NCBI GenBank assembly: GCA_016710435.1
Contig: JADJVV010000001.1
Span: forward strand, 739,912-803,911
Direction of reading: 5' to 3'
DNA from: Hyphomicrobiales bacterium
GTDB taxonomy: Bacteria > Pseudomonadota > Alphaproteobacteria > Rhizobiales > Aestuariivirgaceae
DNA: 64,000 nt
Notes under the pieces: generated by a model
Seen by the model: only the letters and a program-made list of their open reading frames with translations
Database searches by the model: none
What the model was told of the DNA's origin: nothing
In this document: piece after piece, positions 31,868 to 40,853 of the stretch
How positions within the stretch are numbered: the first letter of the stretch is position 1
Layout: every line of letters starts with the position of its first letter
Made by a program: the position numbers and the translations under genes

Positions 31868-32611
31868 ATGGATTTGAATGTCAGCATCGGCGCGGCTCTT
31901 CTGGCGGGAGCTCTCAGCTTCCTCTCCCCTTGCGTGCTGCCGCTGGTGCCGCCCTATCTCTGTTACATCAGCGGCGTCTCGCTGGACGATCTCTCCGGAG
32001 AAGAAGTAAAGGTACAGAACCATCATCGCCTCCGCGTGATGCTGGCGGCCCTGTGCTTCGTGCTCGGCTTCACCACCGTCTTCGTGCTGCTGGGGGCCAC
32101 GGCCTCCGCCGCCGGGCAGATGCTGCGCCAGTATCTTCCCGTGCTGACGCAGGTGGCCGGCATCGCCATCATCGTCATGGGGCTGAACTTCCTCGGACTC
32201 TTCCGCCTCTCCTTCCTCGCGCAGGAGAAGCGCTACCATCATCCCGGCGAAGGCGTGACGCTGATCGGCGCTTACGGCATCGGACTTGCCTTTGCCTTCG
32301 GCTGGACGCCCTGCATCGGGCCTGTGCTGGCCGCCATTCTCTCAGTGGCAGGATCGACGGAAAGCGTCAGCAAGGGCATGAGCCTGCTCGCCATCTATTC
32401 GCTGGGCCTCGGCATTCCCTTCCTCATCGCCGCCTTCAGCCTTGATACGTTCCTCGGCTTCTCCCGCAAGTTCCGCCGCCACATGCCGAAGGTGGAGCGC
32501 ATCATGGGACTGCTGCTCGTGATCACCGGCGTCATGTTCCTCACAGGCTCCATGCAGACGCTCTCCTACTGGCTGATCGAGTGGTTCCCCGGCCTTGCAT
32601 CCATCGGCTGA
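31868..32611 (+). CDS. ccdA: Cytochrome c biogenesis protein CcdA
   Basis: SFLSPCVLPLVP and FGWTPCIGPVL (two redox Cys), six TM segments. Confidence 0.92.
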   Translation: MDLNVSIGAALLAGALSFLSPCVLPLVPPYLCYISGVSLDDLSGEEVKVQNHHRLRVMLAALCFVLGFTTVFVLLGATASAAGQMLRQYLPVLTQVAGIAIIVMGLNFLGLFRLSFLAQEKRYHHPGEGVTLIGAYGIGLAFAFGWTPCIGPVLAAILSVAGSTESVSKGMSLLAIYSLGLGIPFLIAAFSLDTFLGFSRKFRRHMPKVERIMGLLLVITGVMFLTGSMQTLSYWLIEWFPGLASIG

Positions 32612-32687
32612 TCGTCCAGGAAAATCTGCGCTCTGACGGGACCGCCAAGATTCAGGCGAATGGATCGGCATCAATAACCCAAGGCGA

Positions 32688-32714
32688 TTTTGATGGTTCT
32701 GCAAAACATCAAAA
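32688..32714. promoter_or_regulatory. 8-11-8 inverted repeat TTTTGATG...CATCAAAA upstream of the HAD gene
   Basis: Perfect 8-bp arms at 32688-32695 and 32707-32714. Confidence 0.4.
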
Positions 32715-32746
32715 CGCTGTAGTGTCCGGCACGAGGACCAAGACCC

Positions 32747-33430
32747 ATGGCAGCGGCGAAACTGGAAGGCATTCAGGCCTGCGTCTTTGACGCCTATGGC
32801 ACGCTGTTCAACGTCGCCGCTCCGGTGGAAAAACTCGCAGGCGAAATTGGTGACAAGGCGGTGGACCTGGCGCCTCTCTGGCGCCGCAAGCAACTGGAAT
32901 ACACCTGGCTCCGCAGCCTCATGGGCGTGCATGCCGATTTCTGGCATGTGACGCGCGAGGCGCTCGACTACTCCCTCAAGCAACTCGACATCAATGAAGC
33001 CGGCCTCGCCGATGAATTGATGACGCTCTATCTCAAACTCGATCCCTACCCCGATGCGCTGGAGGGTCTCGCGGCGCTGAAGAAGAAGGGCAAGCGCACG
33101 GCCATTCTCTCCAATGGCTCGCCATCGATGCTCGATTCAACCGTGCGCCACGCCGGGATGGACAAGCTCTTCGATCACGTGCTGTCGGCCGAGGAAGTGG
33201 GCATCTACAAGCCAAGCCGCCGCGTCTACCGTCTCGCCATGCAGAAGCTGGTGATCCACGACACGCCATCGATCTGCTTTGTATCCGCCAACACCTGGGA
33301 TGCACAGGCCGCAGCCCAATTCGGCTTCCAGGTGGTGCGGATCGCCCGCCAGCCCACCATCGACGACAACATCCCCGGCAAACCCGCCCGCGTGATCACC
33401 AGCCTCGTTGAGTTGGCGGAACTGGTTTAG
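32747..33430 (+). CDS. Haloacid dehalogenase type II (HAD superfamily)
   Basis: FDAYGTLF, WRRKQLEYTW, ILSNG, YKPS, FVSANTWD. Confidence 0.9.
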   Translation: MAAAKLEGIQACVFDAYGTLFNVAAPVEKLAGEIGDKAVDLAPLWRRKQLEYTWLRSLMGVHADFWHVTREALDYSLKQLDINEAGLADELMTLYLKLDPYPDALEGLAALKKKGKRTAILSNGSPSMLDSTVRHAGMDKLFDHVLSAEEVGIYKPSRRVYRLAMQKLVIHDTPSICFVSANTWDAQAAAQFGFQVVRIARQPTIDDNIPGKPARVITSLVELAELV

Positions 33431-34068
33431 CGCACCCTCAAAACCAGCCCGCGGCTGGGGGTGGTCCCGGTTTCGCCGGGCATCGACACGTAAGGCTCCG
33501 TCTCTTCGGCGCGGCTCACACGTCCTTCTGATTCGAGGGCCGCCACGCGCTCCGCGAAGCCTGCCTCCCACAGGGTGTTCTTCACGGTCAGCACGATGAT
33601 GCCGCCGGGCCGCGTGATGCGGATCAGCTCATCCAGGCCTTCCGCGCCAACGTGACCGGAGGTGAAGACGCCCGCCGAGATGACGCCGCCATAGCTGTCA
33701 TCGGCAAAGGGCAAGGGCCCGCCCAGCGCCAGCACATGAAAGGCGGAATAACAGCGCTTCGTCTCGGCCACCTTCAACATGCCCTCGGAAATATCCAGCG
33801 CTTCGACTTGCGGGTAGCCCATGATCTGCAACCATTCCCCGATCAGGCCCGTGCCCGCTCCGGCGTCCAGCAGGGGCGCTGTTCCTTTTGGCAGGTGGCG
33901 CGCCAGCAGGGCGAGGCAGATGGTGGGATGGCGGTAGCCCGCCTGCGCCATCTCGGCGTCATAGGTGGCCGCCCACTTGTCGTAGAGGGCCGCAACGTCC
34001 GTCGTGCTTCGGGAGTCATAGACAGCTCCGAGAAAGCCGTCGTGCTTCGCGCCGTCACCTTGCCCCAT
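33427..34068 (-). CDS. Class I SAM-dependent methyltransferase
   Basis: LYDKWAATYD, LLDAGAGTGLIG, LDISEGML, AGVFTSGHV; start ATG 34068 (upstream extension in the track is spurious). Confidence 0.85.
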   Translation of the reverse strand: MGQGDGAKHDGFLGAVYDSRSTTDVAALYDKWAATYDAEMAQAGYRHPTICLALLARHLPKGTAPLLDAGAGTGLIGEWLQIMGYPQVEALDISEGMLKVAETKRCYSAFHVLALGGPLPFADDSYGGVISAGVFTSGHVGAEGLDELIRITRPGGIIVLTVKNTLWEAGFAERVAALESEGRVSRAEETEPYVSMPGETGTTPSRGLVLRVR

Positions 34069-34110
34069 GATCTCTTCCCAAAGTTGTTTTTTGCATGTTA
34101 GCGTTTTGCC

Positions 34111-35013
34111 ATGACGCCAGAAGAAGAAAAAGACGCCCGCGACGCCATGCGCGTCATTCCCACCCTCTCGGCCTATTCCGGCCCCATTGAGCGCCTGGGT
34201 GGCCTGACCAACCGGGTCTACCGCGCCGGGGGCCATGTGCTGCGCATCCCCGGCAAAGGCACGGAGGAATACATCAACCGGACCCATGAGGCGGAGGCAG
34301 CCCGTGTCGCCGCCACGGCGGGCGTGAGCCCCGAAGTGATCCACGCCGATCCACAGACCGGTGTGATGGCGACCGTGCTGGTGCCCGATGCCGTGACCAT
34401 GTCGCCCGACGCCTTCCGAAGCCGCAAGGGCTCACCCGCCCGCGCCGGACTGGCACTCCGCCGCCTGCACACCTCGGGCGGACTCTTCCCGTTCCGCTTC
34501 GAACTCTTCGCCATGATCGACGACTATCTCAAGGTGCTGGCAACCAAGGATGTGGACCTGCCGGACGGTTATCATGACGTGGTGCGCGAGGCCGATGCCA
34601 TCCGCGCCGCACTGGCGCGCAAACCCGCACCGCTTGTTGCCTGTCACTGCGATCCCTTGTGCGAGAACTTCATCGACACCGGCAGCCGCATGTGGATTGT
34701 CGATTGGGAATACTCCGGCATGAACGATCCCATGTGGGACCTCGGAGATTTGTCCGTCGAGGCAGGCTTTGACCAGACGCAGGAGATGGAGATGCTGTCG
34801 GCCTACTTCGATGGCGCGCCCGCCGCCGCCGATCACGGCCGCATGGTGATCTACAAGGCCATGTGCGATCTGCTGTGGACCCTGTGGGGCCTGATCCAGC
34901 ATGCCAACAAGAATCCCGCGGATGATTTCGCGGCGTATGCCCTCAACCGCTTCAACCGCTGCAAGACTCTGATGGCAGCGCCGGGGTTTGCCCGGCATCT
35001 TGCCGCCATCTGA
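34111..35013 (+). CDS. Choline/ethanolamine kinase-like phosphotransferase
   Basis: LGGLTNRVY, LRIPGKGT, Brenner motif CHCDPLCENF, IVDWEYSGMND. Confidence 0.87.
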   Translation: MTPEEEKDARDAMRVIPTLSAYSGPIERLGGLTNRVYRAGGHVLRIPGKGTEEYINRTHEAEAARVAATAGVSPEVIHADPQTGVMATVLVPDAVTMSPDAFRSRKGSPARAGLALRRLHTSGGLFPFRFELFAMIDDYLKVLATKDVDLPDGYHDVVREADAIRAALARKPAPLVACHCDPLCENFIDTGSRMWIVDWEYSGMNDPMWDLGDLSVEAGFDQTQEMEMLSAYFDGAPAAADHGRMVIYKAMCDLLWTLWGLIQHANKNPADDFAAYALNRFNRCKTLMAAPGFARHLAAI

Positions 35014-35015
35014 TC

Positions 35016-35498
35016 TCAGGCGGCTTCGCCCCGCACCGCCGCCTCGATCGCGGCAACGTCGATCTTGCGCATGGGCATCATCGCATCGAAGGCCCGCTTG
35101 GCAACGGCACCACCCTTGGCCATGGCATCCGTCAGGACGCGCGGCGTGATCTGCCACGACACGCCCCACTTGTCCTTGCACCAGCCGCAGGCGCTTTCCT
35201 CGCCGTGATTGTCCACGATGGCGTTCCAGTAGCGGTCGGTTTCAACCTGGTCGTCGGTAGCGATCTGAAAAGAGAACGCCTCGTTGTGGCGGAAGGCCGT
35301 ACCGCCGTTGAGGCCGATGCACGGAATGCCGCAGACGGTGAATTCAACGAGCAGTACCTGGCCCTTCTTTCCATCCGGAAAATCCGAGGGCGCGTAGTGG
35401 ATGCCCGTCACCTTGCTGTCGGGAAATGTCTCCGCATAGAAATTCGCGGCCTCTTCGGCGTCGTGGTTGTACCACAGGCAGATTGTGCTCTTGTTCAT
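35016..35498 (-). CDS. VOC family protein (3-demethylubiquinone-9 3-methyltransferase/PhnB-like)
   Basis: ICLWYNHDAEEAANFY, GLNGG, EAFSFQI, CGWCKDKWGVSWQI. Confidence 0.9.
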   Translation of the reverse strand: MNKSTICLWYNHDAEEAANFYAETFPDSKVTGIHYAPSDFPDGKKGQVLLVEFTVCGIPCIGLNGGTAFRHNEAFSFQIATDDQVETDRYWNAIVDNHGEESACGWCKDKWGVSWQITPRVLTDAMAKGGAVAKRAFDAMMPMRKIDVAAIEAAVRGEAA

Positions 35499-35557
35499 CG
35501 CAAGTCCTCCTCGGCCGCCGGGGCTTCAACGCCGAAGGCCCGCGTGCGGTTCCACCG

Positions 35558-36661
35558 TTACACCCAGCGCACCGCATAGATCTGTGGAAGCGTGGAACTG
35601 ACCTGCTTCCACCCCTCGCCACCGTTTTCGCTGACCCACAGGTTGCCCGTCGTCGACCCCATGGCAAGGCGCTTGCCGCTGCCGTCAATGGCGAGGCCGT
35701 GGCGGAAGACGAGATCATAGGCATTCTTCTGCGGCAGGCCCTTGCTGAGGCTCTTGAACGTCCGCCCGCCATCCTGCGTGCGCGTGACCACCAGCGCACC
35801 GCCCACGGGGATTCGCTTTTCATCCTTGATGCCCGGCACGAACCACGCCGTGTCAGGGTCTTGCGGATGAACAGCAACGCCGAAGCCGAATGAAGAGGGC
35901 TTGGCCTTCACCTCGCGCCACGTCACGCCATCGTTGACTGATTTGAAGATGCCGGCGTGGTGCTGCACCCAGAAGCACGACGGGTCTCCGGCACATTGCA
36001 CCATCATGTGCGGGTCTTGCGTCTCGGGGTTGGCCACTTCTTCCGGCGGACCATCGCCAAAGCGCATGCCATGGGCCGACTGCGCCCAGGTCTCGCCGCC
36101 ATCCTTCGTGACCCACACGCCGCCGCACGAGACCGCAACGCGAACCGTATCCGGATCGCGGGGGTCAACGCAGATCGAGTGGATGCCCGGAATGTCGGCA
36201 CCGCCGCCCAGCCACTTGTTGCGCGACGGGTGACGCCACAGGCTTTCCATCAACTCCCAAGTCTCGCCCCGGTCACGCGAGCGAAAGAGACCGCCCGGCA
36301 AGGTGCCGGCCCAGAGCGTGCCCTTCTGGTTGGGACCACCCGTCTCCATCGACCAGATCAGTTGCGTGGACCAGGTGACGGGCTTGCCCCAGCCATCAAG
36401 ATCGACAAGCGTCTCCGGCTTCCTGGGATAGGCGGGCGTGGTGATTTCCTTCCAGCTTTTGCGGCCCCTGTCGCGGCGATGCAGTTTGATGCCGAAATGC
36501 CCGTGGTTCAGCGCCGCATAGTCGGCCCCGTCACGGGGGTCGTGCAGGGTGAGGGTGACGTTGTCTCCCAGGAAATGGGCATCCCGCACCATCCATCCCC
36601 GGCTTCCCTTCGCCACATCGAACAAGCCCTTGCGGGTGGAAACCATGAGGGATGGTGCCAT
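35558..36661 (-). CDS. BNR/Asp-box beta-propeller protein (sialidase-like fold), no signal peptide
   Basis: Five Asp-box-like repeats: SRDRGETW, TKDGGETW, SVNDGVTW, TQDGGRTF, SENGGEGW. Confidence 0.85.
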   Translation of the reverse strand: MAPSLMVSTRKGLFDVAKGSRGWMVRDAHFLGDNVTLTLHDPRDGADYAALNHGHFGIKLHRRDRGRKSWKEITTPAYPRKPETLVDLDGWGKPVTWSTQLIWSMETGGPNQKGTLWAGTLPGGLFRSRDRGETWELMESLWRHPSRNKWLGGGADIPGIHSICVDPRDPDTVRVAVSCGGVWVTKDGGETWAQSAHGMRFGDGPPEEVANPETQDPHMMVQCAGDPSCFWVQHHAGIFKSVNDGVTWREVKAKPSSFGFGVAVHPQDPDTAWFVPGIKDEKRIPVGGALVVTRTQDGGRTFKSLSKGLPQKNAYDLVFRHGLAIDGSGKRLAMGSTTGNLWVSENGGEGWKQVSSTLPQIYAVRWV

Positions 36662-36662
36662 T

Positions 36663-36932
36663 CTAGCCTCCCGAGAGGGCCTGCATGACCCAGATTTGCG
36701 AAGTGGGCGTCACGATGTCGGAGAGATGGTGCCGGTCGTTGATGGCCTGGCCGTCGATGAGGATGCGCATGTGCTTGCGCAGCGCCCCCTGGTCATCCAG
36801 CAGATAGTGGCGGAGCTGCGGATTGGCCGCGAAGGCGCCATCCAGCACGGCCCTGACCGTACCTCCGGTGCTCTCCACGCGCGCGCAATCCACATGGCGC
36901 CGCAGGTTCGAGGTGAAATGGACAGTGGCCAT
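36663..36932 (-). CDS. MoaD/ThiS family ubiquitin-like protein with C-terminal Gly-Gly
   Basis: 89 aa beta-grasp pattern (TVRAVLD..NPQLRHYLLDDQGALRKHMRILIDG), ends ALSGG. Confidence 0.9.
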   Translation of the reverse strand: MATVHFTSNLRRHVDCARVESTGGTVRAVLDGAFAANPQLRHYLLDDQGALRKHMRILIDGQAINDRHHLSDIVTPTSQIWVMQALSGG

Positions 36933-37018
36933 GGGCCAAAGGCTAACACGGCTTTTGTCCTTTGACCAATCCCGCCCGCGACCCTAAGGGAAGGCCACGC
37001 AATCTCCGGGAGCATCAG

Positions 37019-37435
37019 ATGAAAGCCAAAATCACCTGGATCAACGGCCGCGCCTTCCTGGGCGAGTCGGGCTCGGGTCATGCCGTCGTCATGGATGGTG
37101 CGCCGGAGGCGGGAGGCCGCAACATCGGCGTGCGCCCCATGGAAATGCTGCTGCTCGGCCTCGGCGGCTGCACCGCTTTCGACATCGTGATGATCCTCGA
37201 AAAGGCGCGCGAGAAAGTGACGGGCTGCGAAATCGAACTCGACGGTGAACGCGCCACGGAAGACCCCAAAGTTTTCACGAAAGTCACCATGACCTACGTG
37301 CTGAAGGGCCACGGACTGAAACCCGCCGTGGTGGAGCGCGCCGTCAAACTTTCGGCGGAAAAATACTGTTCAGCCTCCAAGATGTTCGAGAAGACCGCGG
37401 AGATTTCCCACGCATGGAAGATCATCGAAGCCTGA
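37019..37435 (+). CDS. OsmC family protein (YhfA-like)
   Basis: RPMEMLLLGLGGCT ... KYCSAS (two conserved Cys). Confidence 0.9.
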   Translation: MKAKITWINGRAFLGESGSGHAVVMDGAPEAGGRNIGVRPMEMLLLGLGGCTAFDIVMILEKAREKVTGCEIELDGERATEDPKVFTKVTMTYVLKGHGLKPAVVERAVKLSAEKYCSASKMFEKTAEISHAWKIIEA

Positions 37436-37872
37436 GCCCCGGCGCTGCCGCCATCGCCCTGCCGCTGCTCATGCTGTGGCTGGCGGACAGCGCGACGGTC
37501 ACGACTGCGCCCAGGCTGCTGCAGGGCCCCGACATAATTTCCGCCTTCGAGGGCAAGACGGTGGAAGGCGCCTACAATGACGGCTTGGCTTTCCGCGAAA
37601 CCTATTTCAGCGGCGGCAACATCGACTACTGGGATCCCCGCGCCTCAAGCGGCGGGCAATGGTCCGTCGTCAACAACCTGTTCTGCACCTTCTACACGGC
37701 GATGACCGGCGGCTGTTTCCGCATCGTGCAGGTGAGCGCCAACTGCTTCGATTTCTACGCCGCCGCCGACAGTGAACGGGAGGCGATGGACCCGGCAAAG
37801 CGCTCCGACTACACCGCCCGGGGCGCGGTGAAGGGAACGGCGTCCACCTGCCCCGACGAATTGCAGGCCTGA
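37414..37872 (+). CDS. Hypothetical exported protein, Cys-containing
   Basis: Hydrophobic N-terminus, FEGKTVEGAY..GQWSVVNNLFCTFY..GGCF..NCFDFY; start uncertain. Confidence 0.6.
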   Translation: MEDHRSLSPGAAAIALPLLMLWLADSATVTTAPRLLQGPDIISAFEGKTVEGAYNDGLAFRETYFSGGNIDYWDPRASSGGQWSVVNNLFCTFYTAMTGGCFRIVQVSANCFDFYAAADSEREAMDPAKRSDYTARGAVKGTASTCPDELQA

Positions 37873-37914
37873 GCCCGTCTTGTCACGGCGCGCCCTGCGT
37901 TCCATGCTGGGCCC

Positions 37915-38703
37915 ATGTTTGACGATCAATCCGCCCGCCGCGCCGCCTCCATTCTCATCGGACATTGGCGCGAGGAGAGCCGCCTCGACCGGCTGCCCCC
38001 TGCCTGCGCTCCCGCCACGAGGGCCGAGGGCTATCGCGTGCAACGTCACTGGCAGGATCAGTCCTCGCAACCGTTGGCGGGATGGAAGATCGCCGCCACC
38101 AGCATTGCCGGGCAGAAGCATATCGGTGTTGATGGTCCACTCGCCGGTCGCTACATCGCGGAGCGCGTCGTCTCCTCGGGCGGCCACATCCCCTTCGGCA
38201 ACAATCACATGCGCGTGGCGGAGGTGGAATTTGCCTTCCGCCTCGGACGCGACCTGCCGCCACGGTCCGCGCCCTATCGCGACGACGAGGTCTTCGCAGC
38301 GGTGGCCGCCCTTCATCCCGCGATCGAAATTCCCGACAGCCGCTACGATCACTTCGAGACAGTGGGTGCAGCAGCCCTCATTGCCGACAATGCCTGCGCC
38401 CACTGGCTCTGCGTCGGCGAAGCAATGCCGGACACATGGCGCACGCTGGACCTTGCGCGCTTTGTGCCGGTGGGCCGCGTCTCGGGCAAACCTGAGGTGA
38501 AGGGCCTCGGCGCAAACGTGCTGGGCTCACCCCGGACCGCCATGACATGGCTCGTCAATGAACTGTCCGCCCATGGCATCACCGCACGGGCGGGCGAGGT
38601 TGTCACCACCGGCACCTGCCTTGTTCCCATGCCCATCGCCGCAGGCGATACCGTAGAGGGCGACTTCGGCACGTTGGGTCGCGTGACCGTCTCCCTCACC
38701 TGA
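37915..38703 (+). CDS. 2-keto-4-pentenoate hydratase-like / fumarylacetoacetate hydrolase family
   Basis: GWKIAATS, AEVEFAF, PAIEIPDSR, IADNA, VVTTGT. Confidence 0.88.
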   Translation: MFDDQSARRAASILIGHWREESRLDRLPPACAPATRAEGYRVQRHWQDQSSQPLAGWKIAATSIAGQKHIGVDGPLAGRYIAERVVSSGGHIPFGNNHMRVAEVEFAFRLGRDLPPRSAPYRDDEVFAAVAALHPAIEIPDSRYDHFETVGAAALIADNACAHWLCVGEAMPDTWRTLDLARFVPVGRVSGKPEVKGLGANVLGSPRTAMTWLVNELSAHGITARAGEVVTTGTCLVPMPIAAGDTVEGDFGTLGRVTVSLT

Positions 38704-38809
38704 GGCCTGCCTCACCCGCATGGCAAGTGTGTGTGCATTGCCCTTGCGATTAAGCGCACAATTTGGAAAAGACCGTTCACCTCAACCCCCGCCCCACAAG
38801 GACCTGCCC

Positions 38810-39502
38810 ATGCCTGCGATTTCCGACCTCGCCGAACGCCGCGAGATGGTTGCCATTTGCCGCAAGATGAATGCCAGCGGCATCAACCAGGGCACCGCCG
38901 GAAATCTCTCGCTGCGCATCGGCGACAAATTCCTCATCACGCCGTCATCACTGCCTTACGACACCATGACGCCCGAGGACATTGTGGAGATGGCCTTCGA
39001 CGGCACCTATGTCGGCCGCCGCCCGTCTTCGGAATGGCGCTTCCACCGGGACATCCTCAAGCACCGCACCGACATTGACGTCGTGCTGCATTGCCATTCC
39101 GTCTACGCCACCACGCTGGCCGTGCACCACAAGACCATTCCGTCCTTCCATTACATGACCGGCGTTGCCGGCGGCACCACCATCCGCTGCGCCCGCTATG
39201 CCACCTTCGGCACGCAGGCACTGTCCGATGCGGCGATCGAGGCGCTTGAGGGCCGCCTCGCCTGCCTGCTTGGCCAGCATGGGCAGATCTCGCTCGGCAA
39301 GACGCTGGACAGCGCATTGTGGCTTGCCACGGAAGTGGAAACGATCTCGCGCCTTTACGTGCAGGCCCTCACGCTGGGCGATCCGCCCATCCTGCCCGAC
39401 GACGAGATGGAACGCGTCATCGCCCAGATGAAGCGCATGAGCTATGGCCACGGGCCCGAAGCGGAAGGCTCCAACGACGTTGCCCGCCCGCGCAAGGTCT
39501 GA
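38810..39502 (+). CDS. Class II aldolase/adducin family (FucA/Ald2-like)
   Basis: GINQGTAGNLS, PSSEWRFH, HCHS, GQHG (Zn ligands and catalytic Glu). Confidence 0.9.
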   Translation: MPAISDLAERREMVAICRKMNASGINQGTAGNLSLRIGDKFLITPSSLPYDTMTPEDIVEMAFDGTYVGRRPSSEWRFHRDILKHRTDIDVVLHCHSVYATTLAVHHKTIPSFHYMTGVAGGTTIRCARYATFGTQALSDAAIEALEGRLACLLGQHGQISLGKTLDSALWLATEVETISRLYVQALTLGDPPILPDDEMERVIAQMKRMSYGHGPEAEGSNDVARPRKV

Positions 39503-39614
39503 CGTCCGGGCGGCCGCTCGCATCCCTAAAATTTGAGGCAATCTGTTTCGGAAGCATTCGCATTCCCTCTGTAGGATCATCCCTGACCTGAAGGGGCACC
39601 CAGGGACTGCGAAA

Positions 39615-40847
39615 ATGCTTACGAACTTGACGAACTTCCGCGCTTCCACGGCCGGAAATACTGGCGTTATGTTTGCGCTTGTCCTCGTGCCCTTGTTGCT
39701 GGGCGTGGGCGCCGCCGTTGACTACGTACGCCTGAGCGACCGGCAAACCGAGTTGAGCGCGGCACTGGATGGCGCGGCACTCGCTGCGGCAACGGCCAAG
39801 GACGCCACCGAAGCCGACCGCATCAGCATTGCGCGCGACTATTTCGCCAAGAACGTCACCGGCTCCGGCCGTGCCCCTGAGTTGTCCGTCGAGATGAGCG
39901 GCAATTCCATCATGGCGACGGCAAAGGAAGACGTGCCGACGATCCTGATGCAGTTGGGTGGCATTCCCACCATGACCGCCAAGGCCACATCGGAAGTGAT
40001 GCTGCCCAGCGCCGGCAAGGCCGAGGTGGCGCTCGTCCTCGATTATTCCGGCTCCATGTCGGAGTCCGGCAAGTACGTCCGCATGGCCGCTGCTGCCAAG
40101 GACATGGTCACCCGCCTCGCCACCGCCACGGAGCATGGCAACCTCAAGGTTGGGCTCGTGCCGTTTTCCGCCATGGTGCGCACCAGCATGCCATCGGCGA
40201 TGGTGACGCAGGCCGCAGCGGGAGAAACATGGAACGGCTGCACCCAGGACCGCGCCTATCCCAACAACACGGGCGTGGCCAGTCCATCCGGTGGTGCAGA
40301 CAGCAAATGGGGTTATTTCGACAACACGTCCGAGAACAAGGGGGCCTACGATTGCAATGCCTATGCCGCCAAATCGCTGGATATTCTTCCGCTCACGGAT
40401 GATTTCGTCAAGGTCGGCAAGAAGCTCGATGCCATGAGGCCGCTTGGCAACACCAACATCGCGCTGGGCGCCGAATTCGGCTGGAACCTTCTGGATGACG
40501 CCGCTCCCTATGCCCAGGCCGTGCCCTATAACGACAAGGAGACGCGAAAGTACCTGGTGCTGCTGACCGATGGCGTGCAGACGTCCAAGGAGTGGGGACC
40601 AGGCAAGAGCCGCAACATCGAACACGGCCAGAAGAACCTGGTGACGCTCTGCACGGGCATGCGCGCCAAGGGCATCACCGTCTTCACCATCGCCTATGAC
40701 GTGACCGACAAGCAGGTGACGACGCTGCTCAAGAGCTGTGCCCCCGGCAAATATTTCGAGCCGGACGTGGGCGGCAATTCGATCAACCTGGTCTTCTCGG
40801 AAATCACCGCCCAGATCAGCAATGAACTGGTGCGACTCGTCCGCTGA
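39615..40847 (+). CDS. TadE/TadG-like pseudopilin with vWA domain
   Basis: GNTGVMFALVLVPLLLGVGAAVDY, LDGAALAAA; MIDAS LVLDYSGSM, TNIALG, LLTDG. Confidence 0.85.
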   Translation: MLTNLTNFRASTAGNTGVMFALVLVPLLLGVGAAVDYVRLSDRQTELSAALDGAALAAATAKDATEADRISIARDYFAKNVTGSGRAPELSVEMSGNSIMATAKEDVPTILMQLGGIPTMTAKATSEVMLPSAGKAEVALVLDYSGSMSESGKYVRMAAAAKDMVTRLATATEHGNLKVGLVPFSAMVRTSMPSAMVTQAAAGETWNGCTQDRAYPNNTGVASPSGGADSKWGYFDNTSENKGAYDCNAYAAKSLDILPLTDDFVKVGKKLDAMRPLGNTNIALGAEFGWNLLDDAAPYAQAVPYNDKETRKYLVLLTDGVQTSKEWGPGKSRNIEHGQKNLVTLCTGMRAKGITVFTIAYDVTDKQVTTLLKSCAPGKYFEPDVGGNSINLVFSEITAQISNELVRLVR

Positions 40848-40853
40848 CCGTCC

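Noticed and set aside
36933-37018. Moco or other riboswitch upstream of the MoaD-like gene
   Set aside because: Only 86 bp shared with the divergent osmC promoter, and no recognisable aptamer
38719-38735. TGGCAAGTGTGTGTGCA as a sigma54 promoter for the aldolase
   Set aside because: GG-to-GC spacing is one base too long for -24/-12 geometry
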